From contig OZ076409.1 of the NCBI GenBank assembly GCA_964187785.1, forward strand, positions 49,788,001 through 49,852,000: a stretch of 64,000 nt of DNA, given 5' to 3'. Positions 1-10,257 of the stretch are shown here, in pieces; position 1 is the stretch's first letter, and every line of letters begins with the position of its first letter. The position numbers and the translations under genes were made by a program. This stretch comes from Amphiscolops sp. MND2022 (lineage: Eukaryota). The notes below the pieces were generated by a model. It saw nothing but the letters and a program-made list of their open reading frames with translations. It was not told the origin of the DNA and ran no database searches.

Positions 1-14
1 ATATCAAGTACCAT

Positions 15-543
15 TCGGATATGTCCCCATTTCCTCTAGTGCCCTGCGGACACCTTGGGGCCGCTTATATTCCCATCTTGCTAAGCGAGATCGAACAGGG
101 GCAAAGACCTAGCAGGAACGAAGATCGCGAAGCGATCATAGTGGAAGCTGGTCTTTGCGACGGTGAGGGCGAGCGTGCATACACCGCATATGCCCCACAT
201 TATGATATTTCCGGGAGTTGACATATTTATTCCTTGAGTTGGAATGGAGTTGGCTTATTTGTGGTCACTTGGCTTAAAATTTTTAATCCAAATGACTCGA
301 CAAAAAAATTAGGCCAAATGGTAATAAACCAAGTGACTGGTAACCCCCTTTATGATCTCATATGTGTTCTGAACGCGAAAATATAATGTGGGGCATTTGC
401 GATGTATGCAGGCTCGCCCTCACCGTTCCCGCTAGGTCTTTGCTCCTGTTCGACCTCGCTTAGCAAGATGGGAATATAAGCGGTCCCAAGGGGCCGCGGG
501 GCACTAGAGGAAATGGGGACATATCCGAGGCACGTTTTATACT
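15..543. repeat. Inverted pair of a ~200-bp dispersed repeat (arms 15-203 and 383-543); third copy at 1091-1293
   Basis: TCGGATATGTCCCCATTTCCTCTAGTGCCC...GCCCCACATTAT at 15-203 is the reverse complement of 383-528 apart from a ~40-nt deletion in the right arm. The same unit recurs on + at 1091-1293. Confidence 0.85.
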
Positions 544-950
544 TTATATCACTTTTTAGTTTTAGATCCCAATTGACTTATATTTTTTCTCAAATTAGAT
601 CAAATTAGAAGAGATTTTTAGACCTGATTAGTCAGACCAATTTATTTAGACCTCAGTTTTGCCCCCTCTCTTAGATCTATTTCTTTAGACCTGATTCCAC
701 GTAGCCGACACTCCGTATATGGGTGGCTGTAAATAGGTCGAATTTTTCTGGTCGAAATGACAGAGGTCGAACCTTTCGATCGAATTGCAGGGATCGAAAG
801 GAATGCGGTCGAATTTTATCGTAATTGTTGTACGGCTCGGTCGCTTCGCTCCCTTCGCCAAGTAGCAAAATTGAGGCATGGCCTTATGGCACGTCGCTCC
901 GCTTCGCTTCGCTCCTGCATTTAGCGCACTAAGAGTATGTGAACATAGCT

Positions 951-1490
951 GGGAACAAGACGTTTCGGCAACAAGATGGCGGAAGACGTTTCGGCAACAA
1001 AATGTTGCCGAAACGTCTTTCACCTGCTGTGAAGACGTTTCGGCACCAAAGACGTTTCGGCAACAAGAAGAATAATCTGTAGTTTTCTTTAGTATGAAAC
1101 GTGCCCCATATATGTCCCCATTTCCTCTAGTGCCCCGCGGCCCCTTGGGGCCGCTTATATTCCCATCTTGCTAAGCGAGGTCGAACAGGAGCAAAGACCT
1201 AGCGGAAACGGAGATCGCGAAGCGATCGTAGTGGGAGCTGGTCTTTGCGACGGTGAGGGCGAGCGTGCATACACCGAATATGCCCCCACATTAGAAGGGG
1301 AAAGTACTGAAAATTTTGCGAGACATTCACGAAAAGTGAAAATTTATTCTTAAGAAGTAAAAAAAAGTCACAAAATGTTGCCGAAACGTCTTTCACCTGC
1401 TGTGAAGACGTTTCGGCACCAAAGACGTTTCGGCAACAAAAAGTTGCCGAAACGTCTTCCGCCATCTTGTTGCCGAAACGTCCGGAACCC
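951..1490. mobile_element. MITE-like non-autonomous DNA element built from GACGTTTCGGCA motifs, with TSD
   Basis: Terminal inverted repeats GACGTTTCGGCAACAAGATGGCGGAAGACGTTTCGGCAAC / GTTGCCGAAACGTCTTCCGCCATCTTGTTGCCGAAACGTC. Flanking direct repeat ACATAGCT(G) at 943-951 and 1491-1499. Confidence 0.8.
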
Positions 1491-1606
1491 ACATAGCTGA
1501 CTACGTTATTGCACATGACGAAGTCAATGTGCATTGCAGTCCAGCTAAGTAAGTTTTTTTCCACTATAGTCAACTTCATAATGAGCGCCTTTTAGATAGA
1601 CGCCAA

Positions 1607-1679
1607 AACCCCGGAGAGATTCGAACCTGCAGCCTCCCGATTGCACGGCATAAGTGTTGACCACTGTGCCATAGGGACG
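1607..1679 (-). pseudogene. tRNA-derived sequence (SINE head or tRNA pseudogene)
   Basis: The minus strand has A-box-like TGGCACAGTGG and B-box GGTTCGAATC at tRNA spacing. Stems are imperfect. Confidence 0.55.
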
Positions 1680-2551
1680 TTATTGAACAAAGTTGAACTG
1701 TTGAATATATACGCATGCGATTAAAATAATATTTATACGCATATTAAAATAATCGATGTCTTCGTCATGTGTTGCGAAGCACCGCTTCGCCTCTGTGTCG
1801 TAATTTTGAATGCTCGAATGTGATTGACCGAAATCAATTCATTCCATTACGTCATACCATGCTAGTTAAATTAATACGTGTTCGACGAATTGAACAGTCC
1901 CCCTCATCCACCCTCCTTCGTTTCAAATGTTCGGCGGACATGTACTTTCCGGCCCTACCCAACACCAAAGTTTCTGACTTAAGCAGTGACAAAGGTCCAC
2001 CTCGTAATATATCTGGATGTGCTGGTGAGATGAAATGGTCACATTTGGACGAAGCTTCACATCGTGAATGGTATGAAATGAAGTACTGGAACTGTGAGCG
2101 ACAGAGATGCGTTCGAAGAAATTTATTGCTTATAGTTTTTTTTGTAAAAAAAACTTCTATATCATTGCAGCTTTAAAAAATTTCTACCGGTCGACTGCGA
2201 TAGTGGCTGGTATGAGTAGTTTGTTGGTTGTTATTTTGTTACTGGGATAGTGGCTAGTATGGGGTTCCCAACGTTTGTTGCAGACCACGGGTGTGTGTCT
2301 TCTCCCCCCCCCCCTCAACATGATGATACACATGGCACTTGATTGATGACGAAGATCCATGATATCTGATAGAGGGAAAAAAAGTACTGGAAAGTTATTG
2401 AAATCTAGTTTCTTTTCAACAATTCTGGTCGGGGCCCTTTAATACAAGCCCGTCATCTATTCAATAATTCCTAATTGCAAACTAAGATTGCTGTTTTTAC
2501 TGCCACACTATAAAGGCTAATTGAAACCTTCTTGTTTTTGATACGAAATGA

Positions 2552-2644
2552 CTATGTGTCTAATTTGTTTGTAGAATCCAAATTTTCCAGTGAGAAAAAA
2601 CGCTCGTTCTCGAAGATATTATCATGAGGATATGCGCCAAGTTT
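2552..2644 (+). pseudogene. Degenerate copy of the LIPT2 exon-2 acceptor and its first ~70 nt
   Basis: TTTGTTTGTAGAATCCAAATTTTCCAGTGAGAAAAAACGCTCGTTCTCGAAGATATTATCATGAGGATATGCGCCAAGTTT aligns to 6666-6748 with substitutions and a 2-nt deletion. Confidence 0.8.
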
Positions 2645-2761
2645 ATTCAGTTTATACGCCTTTATTCCATTCGTAATCATCCCTATTATTTCACGTTCGC
2701 TGTTTTTTGTTGAAACTGACTTCAACTGTCACATTTTTCATGTGTTTATTTTTGATGTAGT

Positions 2762-3067
2762 ATGAAGGTCCGATTGTACAATCTTGGTCGAATACAATAC
2801 CGAAAGGCCCTCGAAGTTCAACTGTCTTTGAAAAAAGAGGTTCTCTCCAAGCGAGATGTATCATCGACAAATTATGGTGAATGTTTGATCACTTGTCAGC
2901 ATGACCCGCCTGTATACACTGTAGGAAATAGGTCCGAGGTGTACAGTCCGTTTGAAGAGCAAAGGTTGCGCGCTCTGGGCGCCGATTATTTCGCAACTAA
3001 ACGTGGTGGACTTATTACCTTCCATGGTCCTGGACAACTAGTTTGTTACCCAATCTTAGACATAAAA
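2762..3067 (+). CDS. LIPT2: Octanoyltransferase (LipB/LIPT2), exon 1
   Basis: MKVRLYNLGRIQY...HDPPVYTVG...KRGGLITFHGPGQLVCYPILD carries the LipB signature RGGxxTxHGPGQ. Donor AAA|GTAATA at 3068, phase 0. Confidence 0.93.
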
Positions 3068-3127
3068 GTAATAATCATTTCGATGAGCTATAAAAACGAA
3101 CACTTCGAAGCACCGGCTAAATGTGAG

Positions 3128-4996
3128 CAGGGGTTTGCAATAATTAATTGGTCTTCCAATAATTGCAATAATAATTGCCAATATTATTGATTGGGCACTT
3201 TTCCAATAACCAATTAATTGGAAATCGTTTTGCCAATTATTGGTTTCATTGGTTTTCAAATTGAAAGCTCTTTTTCAGGTTTGAAATGAGTTCGAACAGA
3301 GATTTTAAAACCATATGCAAGAAGTATTTCACACCAATGGAAAATGACATTTTCAAATGCAAATGTGGCAAAATTTTGAAGCAAAAAAAAAGGTACCGGT
3401 TGGTCTAATTTGATGGTGCATATTCGAACACAACACGAAACAACTCCATCCGGTCCCCAAAATACTTTGGACTTTATGCAATGTAAGAAGTCTCAAACCA
3501 TCCATGATTGGATCGAATGGATATGCATGGAGCTTCGACCTTTTAGCTTTGTGGAAAGCGAGTATGTGAAGAAAAATGTCAAGCTTGAAGCAATTTCAAA
3601 GAATACTTTGCAAAAGTATATGCATCTCCTCACCAAGAAAGTGGAACAAGAAATCATCAAAGCAATGCCAGAAAAAATTGCTTTGATAGTTGATGGATGG
3701 ACATCTGGTAGCACCCACTACTTGGGCGTAATGGCATCGTTCTGCGACATGGATCAAAATGTTGAAGTTCCGTTGTTAGCTTTTTCGCCGCTCATAGATG
3801 AGACTTCACAAAGTGCTGCTCAGCAATATGTATTTTTGGAGATGACACTCAGCCAGTATGGCAAGTCGATGGAAGACAATGTGGTTGCTTTAATCGCTGA
3901 TAATTGCGAGACCAATAAGGCTCTCGCTGATATCTGCAACGTTCCACTAGTTGGATGTCACTCTCACCGTCTGGCACTAGCAGTGAAAGAATACTTGACC
4001 AACAAAGACGAACTCATTCAAAAAGTGAACACTTTAATGGGAAAGTTGAAGGCACCGAAGACTGCCGCAGAGCTGAGAAATTTCACGAATTTAAAACCAG
4101 TGCAGTATTGTGTCACGCGATGGTTGAATGTTATGCAAATGCTAAAGCGCTTCACTGAAATAAAGGATACGATAAGAAAAATACCTGCAGTCATTGACTT
4201 CTTGCTATCACCTAAAGAAGAACTCGAAATTGAGCAACTGGTGAAGATTCTGGAACCAATGAAATCAGTCACTATTGCTCTGCAAAGAAGTGATATGGAT
4301 ATGGACTCTGCTCGGACCTTGTTCGACGAGTTATTGAAAACTGTCGAGAATTTTGATCGGAACAAGAAATATATCCATAAGAATTGTGCCATTGCCAAAA
4401 ACAATTCGTTTGAAAACGCTATTGTTAAGCTACAGTCTGGTGATGAATGTGCTCTCAACGTAAATGAAAATCTAGCGTGCAAAAAATTGAGAAGAACTTC
4501 TGATATCGAGTGCGAATTTCCACAGACGGATGACTTCGCGGGAAACGTTTTGGCGAAAAAGAAGAAAGATACCAAACAGATGAAATGCATTCCCTGCTCA
4601 TTCATTTTGCCGACATCTAATCATTTGGAACGGTTTTTTAGCGCAGCTGGTTTCGCTTCGAATGACTACCGAAAATCAACTTTGCCGATGAATTTAGAAG
4701 AGCAACTGTTCCTTCGATTTAACAAAAAGCACTGGGATTTGAATTTAGTAAATCAAATTGTGAGTGCCTCCGAGTGAGATATTCATTTGAGTGTGCATGC
4801 CGCTAGGTGAGCTGTTTTATAATGCGTCTTTTCGATGATTTTTGTAATTTAATCACTCTGAAACAGCTGTTTTTTAAAGTGCCCAATTATTGCACTTATT
4901 GCAATAATTTATTGGTCAAGGGTCCAATAATCAATTAATTGGTTTTCAGAAGTTTTGGGACCAATAATTATTGCAATTATTTATTGCAAAGCCCTG
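3128..4996 (+). mobile_element. Full-length hAT DNA transposon (1869 bp) in the LIPT2 intron
   Basis: TIRs CAGGGGTTTGCAATAA (3128) and TTATTGCAAAGCCCTG (4981-4996), 15/16 match. Perfect 8-bp TSD AATGTGAG at 3120-3127 and 4997-5004. AT-rich subterminal repeats at both ends. Confidence 0.95.
3286..4777 (+). CDS. hAT transposase, ~496 aa if one extra A in the A9 run at 3383-3391 is removed
   Basis: BED-like finger CKC...GTGWSNLMVHIRTQH spans the frameshift. Catalytic DGWT, ADNC and LERFFS, plus CxxH (GCHSH) and TRW motifs, lie in ORF 3410-4777. Confidence 0.88.
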
Positions 4997-5371
4997 AATG
5001 TGAGTGGAGTTAGTGTGATGCACATGAAATAGTTGTGTATGAGTATCAAGAGGGGTGCATTTGCTCGCAATTTCGTTCATAAGCTCATAAAACGTTCACA
5101 AACGCTAATGACCGTACAAATAAAGACTGATAATCACAAGTATTGAACGGATTTAGTCAGTTTGTTGAACCATTCCATGAAATTAATGGTGCTCATGTTA
5201 GGTCATGCTAATAAATTCAATACCATTTTCTGGAATACCCACAAGAAATTATGCAAGTACCTTTAGATGCATTTTGACCAATGTCCAGCAGTCGTCTTAC
5301 CCAGCGAGGTCAAACAAGAAGAAAGATCTTGTGGAAGCAATCGAGAGAGAGAGCGAGTCTTTTCTGCATAT

Positions 5372-5862
5372 AACAAGCCGGGAACGGCCCAAGTCGGCGC
5401 CATATCTAAGGCTCAAAAGTTTTCAAGGAACAACAATTGAAAACATTTGGAAAAACTATTTTTTCAAAAAGTATTTGGTAAAAAAAGTCGCATATTGCCA
5501 AAAAAACCCAAAAAGAGACCCTTTAGGCTCAATAAACGTTTTTTACAAACCGAAAACTTCAAAAAATTCAAGGGGGTACGCTTTGATGAATTTCAAAACT
5601 TTTCGGAAAAATGTCGAATAGTGCCAGAAAAAAAAACAGCAAAGAGGGACCCTTTGGTCTCCACTATACTTTTGAAGCATTAAAAATTTGTGATTTGGTG
5701 CGAGAATCGAACCCACGCTCTCCTGCTTCTCAGACACCAGAAAATTGGTCGGCCAAGAAATTGAACAAATGAACAAAAAAGTGGACCGATGGCGTTGAAC
5801 TCGCGTTGAAAATAAAACTAGCCACCGTAAGAGTCGGGATTTTCTTCGAAAAGGCCGTCTAA
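5372..5862 (-). mobile_element. Helentron/HINE-like non-autonomous element, family A
   Basis: Starts AACAAGCCGGGAACGGCCCAAGTCGGCGCC (GCCG-GGAA-CGGC hairpin plus subTIR) and ends in a degenerate AGTCGG...CCGTCT hairpin. Confidence 0.7.
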
Positions 5863-6032
5863 GAAATAGGTTCACGGGTCTACTCTATCTGGAGATACTT
5901 TTTTGGAACCACTACTTAAAGGTTTACTTTTTTTGAGACCATCGTACTTCAGGAGGTGATTTAACATGGTTGAAAGTGTGCACACTGCTCAAGGGTTTTT
6001 TTCGATCATTTTAAAATTACTTTCGATTTCAT

Positions 6033-6503
6033 TTTTTAATATTTCCGCGATAGCAGGAATATTATTGAAACCTCAAGATGTCAAGTTTTTTCTGTGAAAT
6101 TCTTGTCGCGATACTGAAAAATTCGGATATTTTGTTCGGCAGTGACTATAAGCGTGAGAATTAAATTTCTCAAGCTGCCGACGACATTTCAATTCTCGTG
6201 CGATGGAACGAGCGAGTGGTAATTATGCATTCGTACGCTGATGTCATTGAGATAAAGCGAGCGAATGTTAATTATTCGTTCGCCTAGAGTTTCGCCGGCA
6301 TTCAAATGCAAATGCGAAACTTCGTCTACGCTTAGTAGTTATATTTGCTTTAGTCCGAGATTTAAAGGCGGCATGAACTGGTACAGTGATTAATTGTGCT
6401 CTAAATAATGATTAAACAGGAGTGTATTGGTATTCCAGATATGATTCTATTATTAATGAAAGATTAAAGCAGAAATAACAGAGTGCCCCGGCAGGCATAT
6501 TTG
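6033..6503 (+). mobile_element. Helentron/HINE-like element, family B, diverged copy
   Basis: Homologous to 9055-9600 and 29332-29814. 3' TAAAGCAGAAATA is followed by a GC hairpin. Confidence 0.7.
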
Positions 6504-6676
6504 TGTATTTTGGAAAGTTTAAGACACGTCCAGCGATCGATCGATTCCATTTGCTCAAATTGGAGAAACCCTCAAAAACTGCTTTGTGATTACAAAAAAA
6601 CACGTAAACCCATCCACTAGCAATTACGTTTTCATGAATTTTCTTTAGGGGCTTATCTGTTCTACTTTGTTTGTAG

Positions 6677-7051
6677 AATCGAAATATTCCAGTGAGGAAA
6701 TACGCTCGTTCTCTGGAAGAGATTATCATGAGGGTATGCGCCAAGTTTGGAATCGCTACAGAGGTGTTTGAGGATCCTTTATACACAGGTGTTTGGGTCA
6801 AAGGAACAAACAGAAAAATATGTGCCCTCGGAGTCAATGCGTCCGATGGAGTAACCACTCATGGGATAGCTTTGAACGTGAACACAGATTTGTCCTGGTT
6901 TGGCAAAGTTGTACCTTGTGGATTAACAGATTGTGGTGTCACTAGTCTTTTAAACGAAACTGAGAATAGTAATATTGGTGTACCTGACGTCTTACCATTC
7001 TATCTGGAAGAGTTTCAAAAAGAGTTTGATATTGACTCCTTTATCTTGTAG
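6677..7051 (+). CDS. LIPT2: Octanoyltransferase (LipB/LIPT2), exon 2
   Basis: Acceptor TTTGTTTGTAG|AAT, phase 0. TGVWV...RKICALGV...THGIALNVNTDLSWFGKVVPCGL contains the catalytic Lys and PCG Cys. Joined protein is 226 aa. Confidence 0.93.
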   Translation, partial: NRNIPVRKYARSLEEIIMRVCAKFGIATEVFEDPLYTGVWVKGTNRKICALGVNASDGVTTHGIALNVNTDLSWFGKVVPCGLTDCGVTSLLNETENSNIGVPDVLPFYLEEFQKEFDIDSFIL

Positions 7052-8592
7052 TTTTTCACTGTATCATTGATCTATTTTGTTTCGGAATTTAAATTGAGCT
7101 ATGCTTTTAAAAGTGCAAAATTATCATTTTTTTCATTTTTCACATCAGTCATCTTGAAAACCGGGAGAACGAAATTTGAAATACACTATATGATTCAATT
7201 CGAGCTCATAAATGCAGCGCAATTTTTTTTCTTGTCTTTGAAAATTTGTAGATGCTGTATGAAGCGAAAGCGAATTATTTGGCCCATGCCTAAAGGGTAT
7301 CTCTGTTACTTCAAATTTTTCTCAAGACTGTTGTTATGGCTCTATCAAATAATGGACGAAAGATCGCTGCTTGATGTTTTCATCTTGGAAGCATTTGGGT
7401 TTTCGGAACAATTGGATTAAGTTTTAGGGTGCAAAACAAGAGGGATTTACATAAGTTTGAAGTTTTCAACATACAATGCGATGACTTCCCGTTTTTGAAT
7501 TTTTAAATTTTCCAGTCATCTTGTTGAAGTACTTGCACTATAATATGTTGCTTTCGGTGTCATGTGCGTTTTTGCAACGACGCTTTCTGTTTCAATTCGT
7601 TTCATATTGAAAAAATGGTCTTAGTGCCAATGATTCCATCTGTTGGCTGTTCTAACAATACGTTAAACTCCAGAAAAAATGATGAATTTATTAGTCATTG
7701 CGTATTTTAATGGTTTGTTACACTACGAATTGGCAGGCAGCACGGCATACTCTGTAATTCGGAAACAACTAATATGGAAGTAAGTTTTGTATATTTCATT
7801 TTCGACAATAAAACACTGGAGAAGTTTGCGGATAAATTGTTGAATTGCTTAAAAATTTCACCATATATCAGTAGCTTTCTATTAGCGATTTTGTAAATTC
7901 CCGTCAAAATTTAAACCTTGTTGATTTTTGAATTGATACTTGCCTTTCACCTGCAAACTTTTTGTTTAAATCACTCATTGATGGTAATGTTTCTAATTAC
8001 GTGCTTGCTCTGTATTTTTTCAGATCAGTTTGATTCAAAAGCAATAGCTTTAACAACAAAAGGTATACGCACATACTATTCAGTACTGCAAACGAAACGT
8101 GCTGAACTGTGGTGGCAGTTGTAGTGTTTGAAGCAGCAGCAGCAGTGGTGCCTGTAATATATAACGTGCGTTTTACTTATTTGTATTTTTGATACCAAAA
8201 AATACTCGCGACTGAATTGCTTGTTTATTTAGATATCTCTCGAAGAAATATTTCGACCTCGTAGTGGGTATTATCAACAGATTCAACAATGAACACTTCA
8301 CCGGTTGGTAGCATTTTGCACTGAACAAAACAGTTCCATAGATGAGTATATGCATTTAAAACGAACTGTTAATGTAATGTTCGAACTCCAATTTTTTGTA
8401 TTTCCTTTGTGAATAATAACGTAACAAAGAAGAATACGGATAGCATATCATGGAATGAAAAAAGCGGATATTGTTTGAACCAGATGTATTTTGGGCGTTC
8501 AAAGCTTCTGTTTTCTAGTCAGCATTATATTCATTTTTGTAGCTATTAGGAATTCCATCTATTTCTTGTTGACTCATGAATTGAATTAGGGT

Positions 8593-8724
8593 ATGAATGG
8601 TGAAAACTTGTTTCAGGAAGACTCTACACGTTTCTGTTTCATGGCCGAATGGTTCGACCCCCAGGCGGCTCTGGTTAGACAGTACCAACTCTTCTTCTAC
8701 CCCAGAGACAACAGTATAGAAATT
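8593..8724 (+). CDS. NME7: NME7 exon 1 (DM10 domain); exact start uncertain
   Basis: MNGENLFQEDSTRFCFMAEWFDPQAALVRQYQLFFYPRDNSIEI matches the DM10 pattern. Donor ATT|GTAAGC. TTTCAG at 8611-8616 could instead be an acceptor for an upstream exon. Confidence 0.85.
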
Positions 8725-9054
8725 GTAAGCACGTTTCACTAAACCTTTGAAAATGACTTCCGGTTAAGATTGGGTAATTACCCGATCTTCTCACTAAAAA
8801 TTGTTCGAAAATTTGATTGACTGTTAGATTAAATCCCCGTTCTATTCGATGGGAATTTTTTCTAGATGAGTAATTTTCTTTTCGCAAAGTCAAAACGCGG
8901 TAAGAAAGGTTATAACCCCGTGACTTTTTGTGTCAATAGCGCGTGAAGGATGATATTTTACTGACCTGCTCATGACTGAAATCATCCCATTTAGAAGTTC
9001 TCATTCAATATACATAGAAATTTGGTCACTTGTGAAAATGAAATTTTTTCATTA

Positions 9055-9600
9055 TTAATATTTCTGCTTTAGCAGGAATATTATTGTAACCTCAAACTTT
9101 CTACTTATTTTTTTTTCAGAACAATTTTTGTCGTGATACTGAATAATTCAGATATTTTGTTCGGCAGTGACTGTAAGCGTGGGAAAGCTGCCGACAACAA
9201 TTCAATTCTAGTGCGATGGAACGAGCGAGTGGTAATTATCCATTCGTATGCTGACGTCATTGAGATGAAGCGAGCGAATGTTCGTAATTGTGCTTTCGTT
9301 GCCCCGAGTTATTGAGATGAAGCGAATGAGTGTTAATTATTCGTTCGTTGAGAGCTTCGCCTGCATTCAAATGCGAATGCGAAACTTCGTCTACGCTTAG
9401 TAGTTATATTTTCTTTGGTCCGAGAAGAATTAAAGGCGGTGTAAACTTGTACAGTGATTACATGTAATTGTGCGCTAAATAATGATTGAACAAGAGTGTT
9501 ATTGGTATTCCAGATATGATTCTTTTATTAATGATTTTTTTGTTTCAAAAAAAATGAACATTAAAGCAGAAATAGTATTGAGCCCCGGAGGGGCCTATTT
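9055..9600 (+). mobile_element. Helentron/HINE-like element, family B, in NME7 intron 1
   Basis: 5' TATTTCTGCTTTAGCAGGAATA; 3' TAAAGCAGAAATA (exact reverse complement of TATTTCTGCTTTA), then a GCCCC-GGA-GGGGC hairpin and a T run. Confidence 0.75.
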
Positions 9601-10090
9601 TCTTAATTTGGCCCTCCGCAGGACTTACAAAATCCAAAGATAGTGTGTTACTTGTCAATAATTTAACTTTCCCGTATATTGAATATGAACGGAGAATGAT
9701 TATCATATTGACTTCAAAATGAATCAATGATTATCATATCGACTTTCAAATGAATTGATATCATCAGCTTGAGTGTTTCCCTGGTATTTTTTGCATAAAT
9801 ATTGGAGTGTTGGTCCGGAGTTACTCAAGAAATATCAAAAAGCTTCCATCTACTTTCGTAATTTCCATTATGCTTTGGTAGATTGGTAATTTTCATAATG
9901 CATCTATTTTCGCATAATAACGAAGCTTTAGACCACAACAAAAAGTATTTGGTATTTTTTCGATAACATTTAGCTAGCTCTTTTGTGTATCCGTAATTCT
10001 ACAACTTTTTTGAGTTTCCTCGTATCTCTTTATTACCTTTTGGATTTAGATACTTCCAGTTTTCCCTCTTGAACTGAATCAATGTTTAAG

Positions 10091-10257
10091 TTCGACCTCA
10101 AAACTCGAAGAGTATTCCTCAAGAAGACTAAATATGAGACTGTGAAGCAATCAGAATTCTACCTGGGCAATGTGATCAATGTTTACTCCCGGCAGATGAC
10201 CTTGAAGGAGTACGGAGATGAGTTCACACGCAAAAACCTCAGCACTGCTCAAGAAAC
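10091..10257 (+). CDS. NME7: NME7 exon 2
   Basis: FDLKTRRVFLKKTKYETVKQSEFYLGNVINVYSRQMTLKEYGDEFTRKNLSTAQE completes DM10. AG|TTC ... AC|GTGAG, phases 0/2. Confidence 0.9.

Noticed and set aside
3068..3190. C-terminal 40 aa of ORF 2762-3190
   Set aside because: Read-through into the intron and the hAT TIR. Homology resumes at 6677.
4018..4605. 195-aa minus-strand ORF
   Set aside because: Antisense shadow of the transposase with no independent motif.
2762..7051. Bacterial lipB from contamination or horizontal transfer
   Set aside because: The gene has a GT-AG intron and resembles animal LIPT2 (RKICALG, DLSWF..VPCG).
8150..8592. RFX X-box in the NME7 promoter
   Set aside because: Expected for a ciliary gene, but I found no convincing match by eye.
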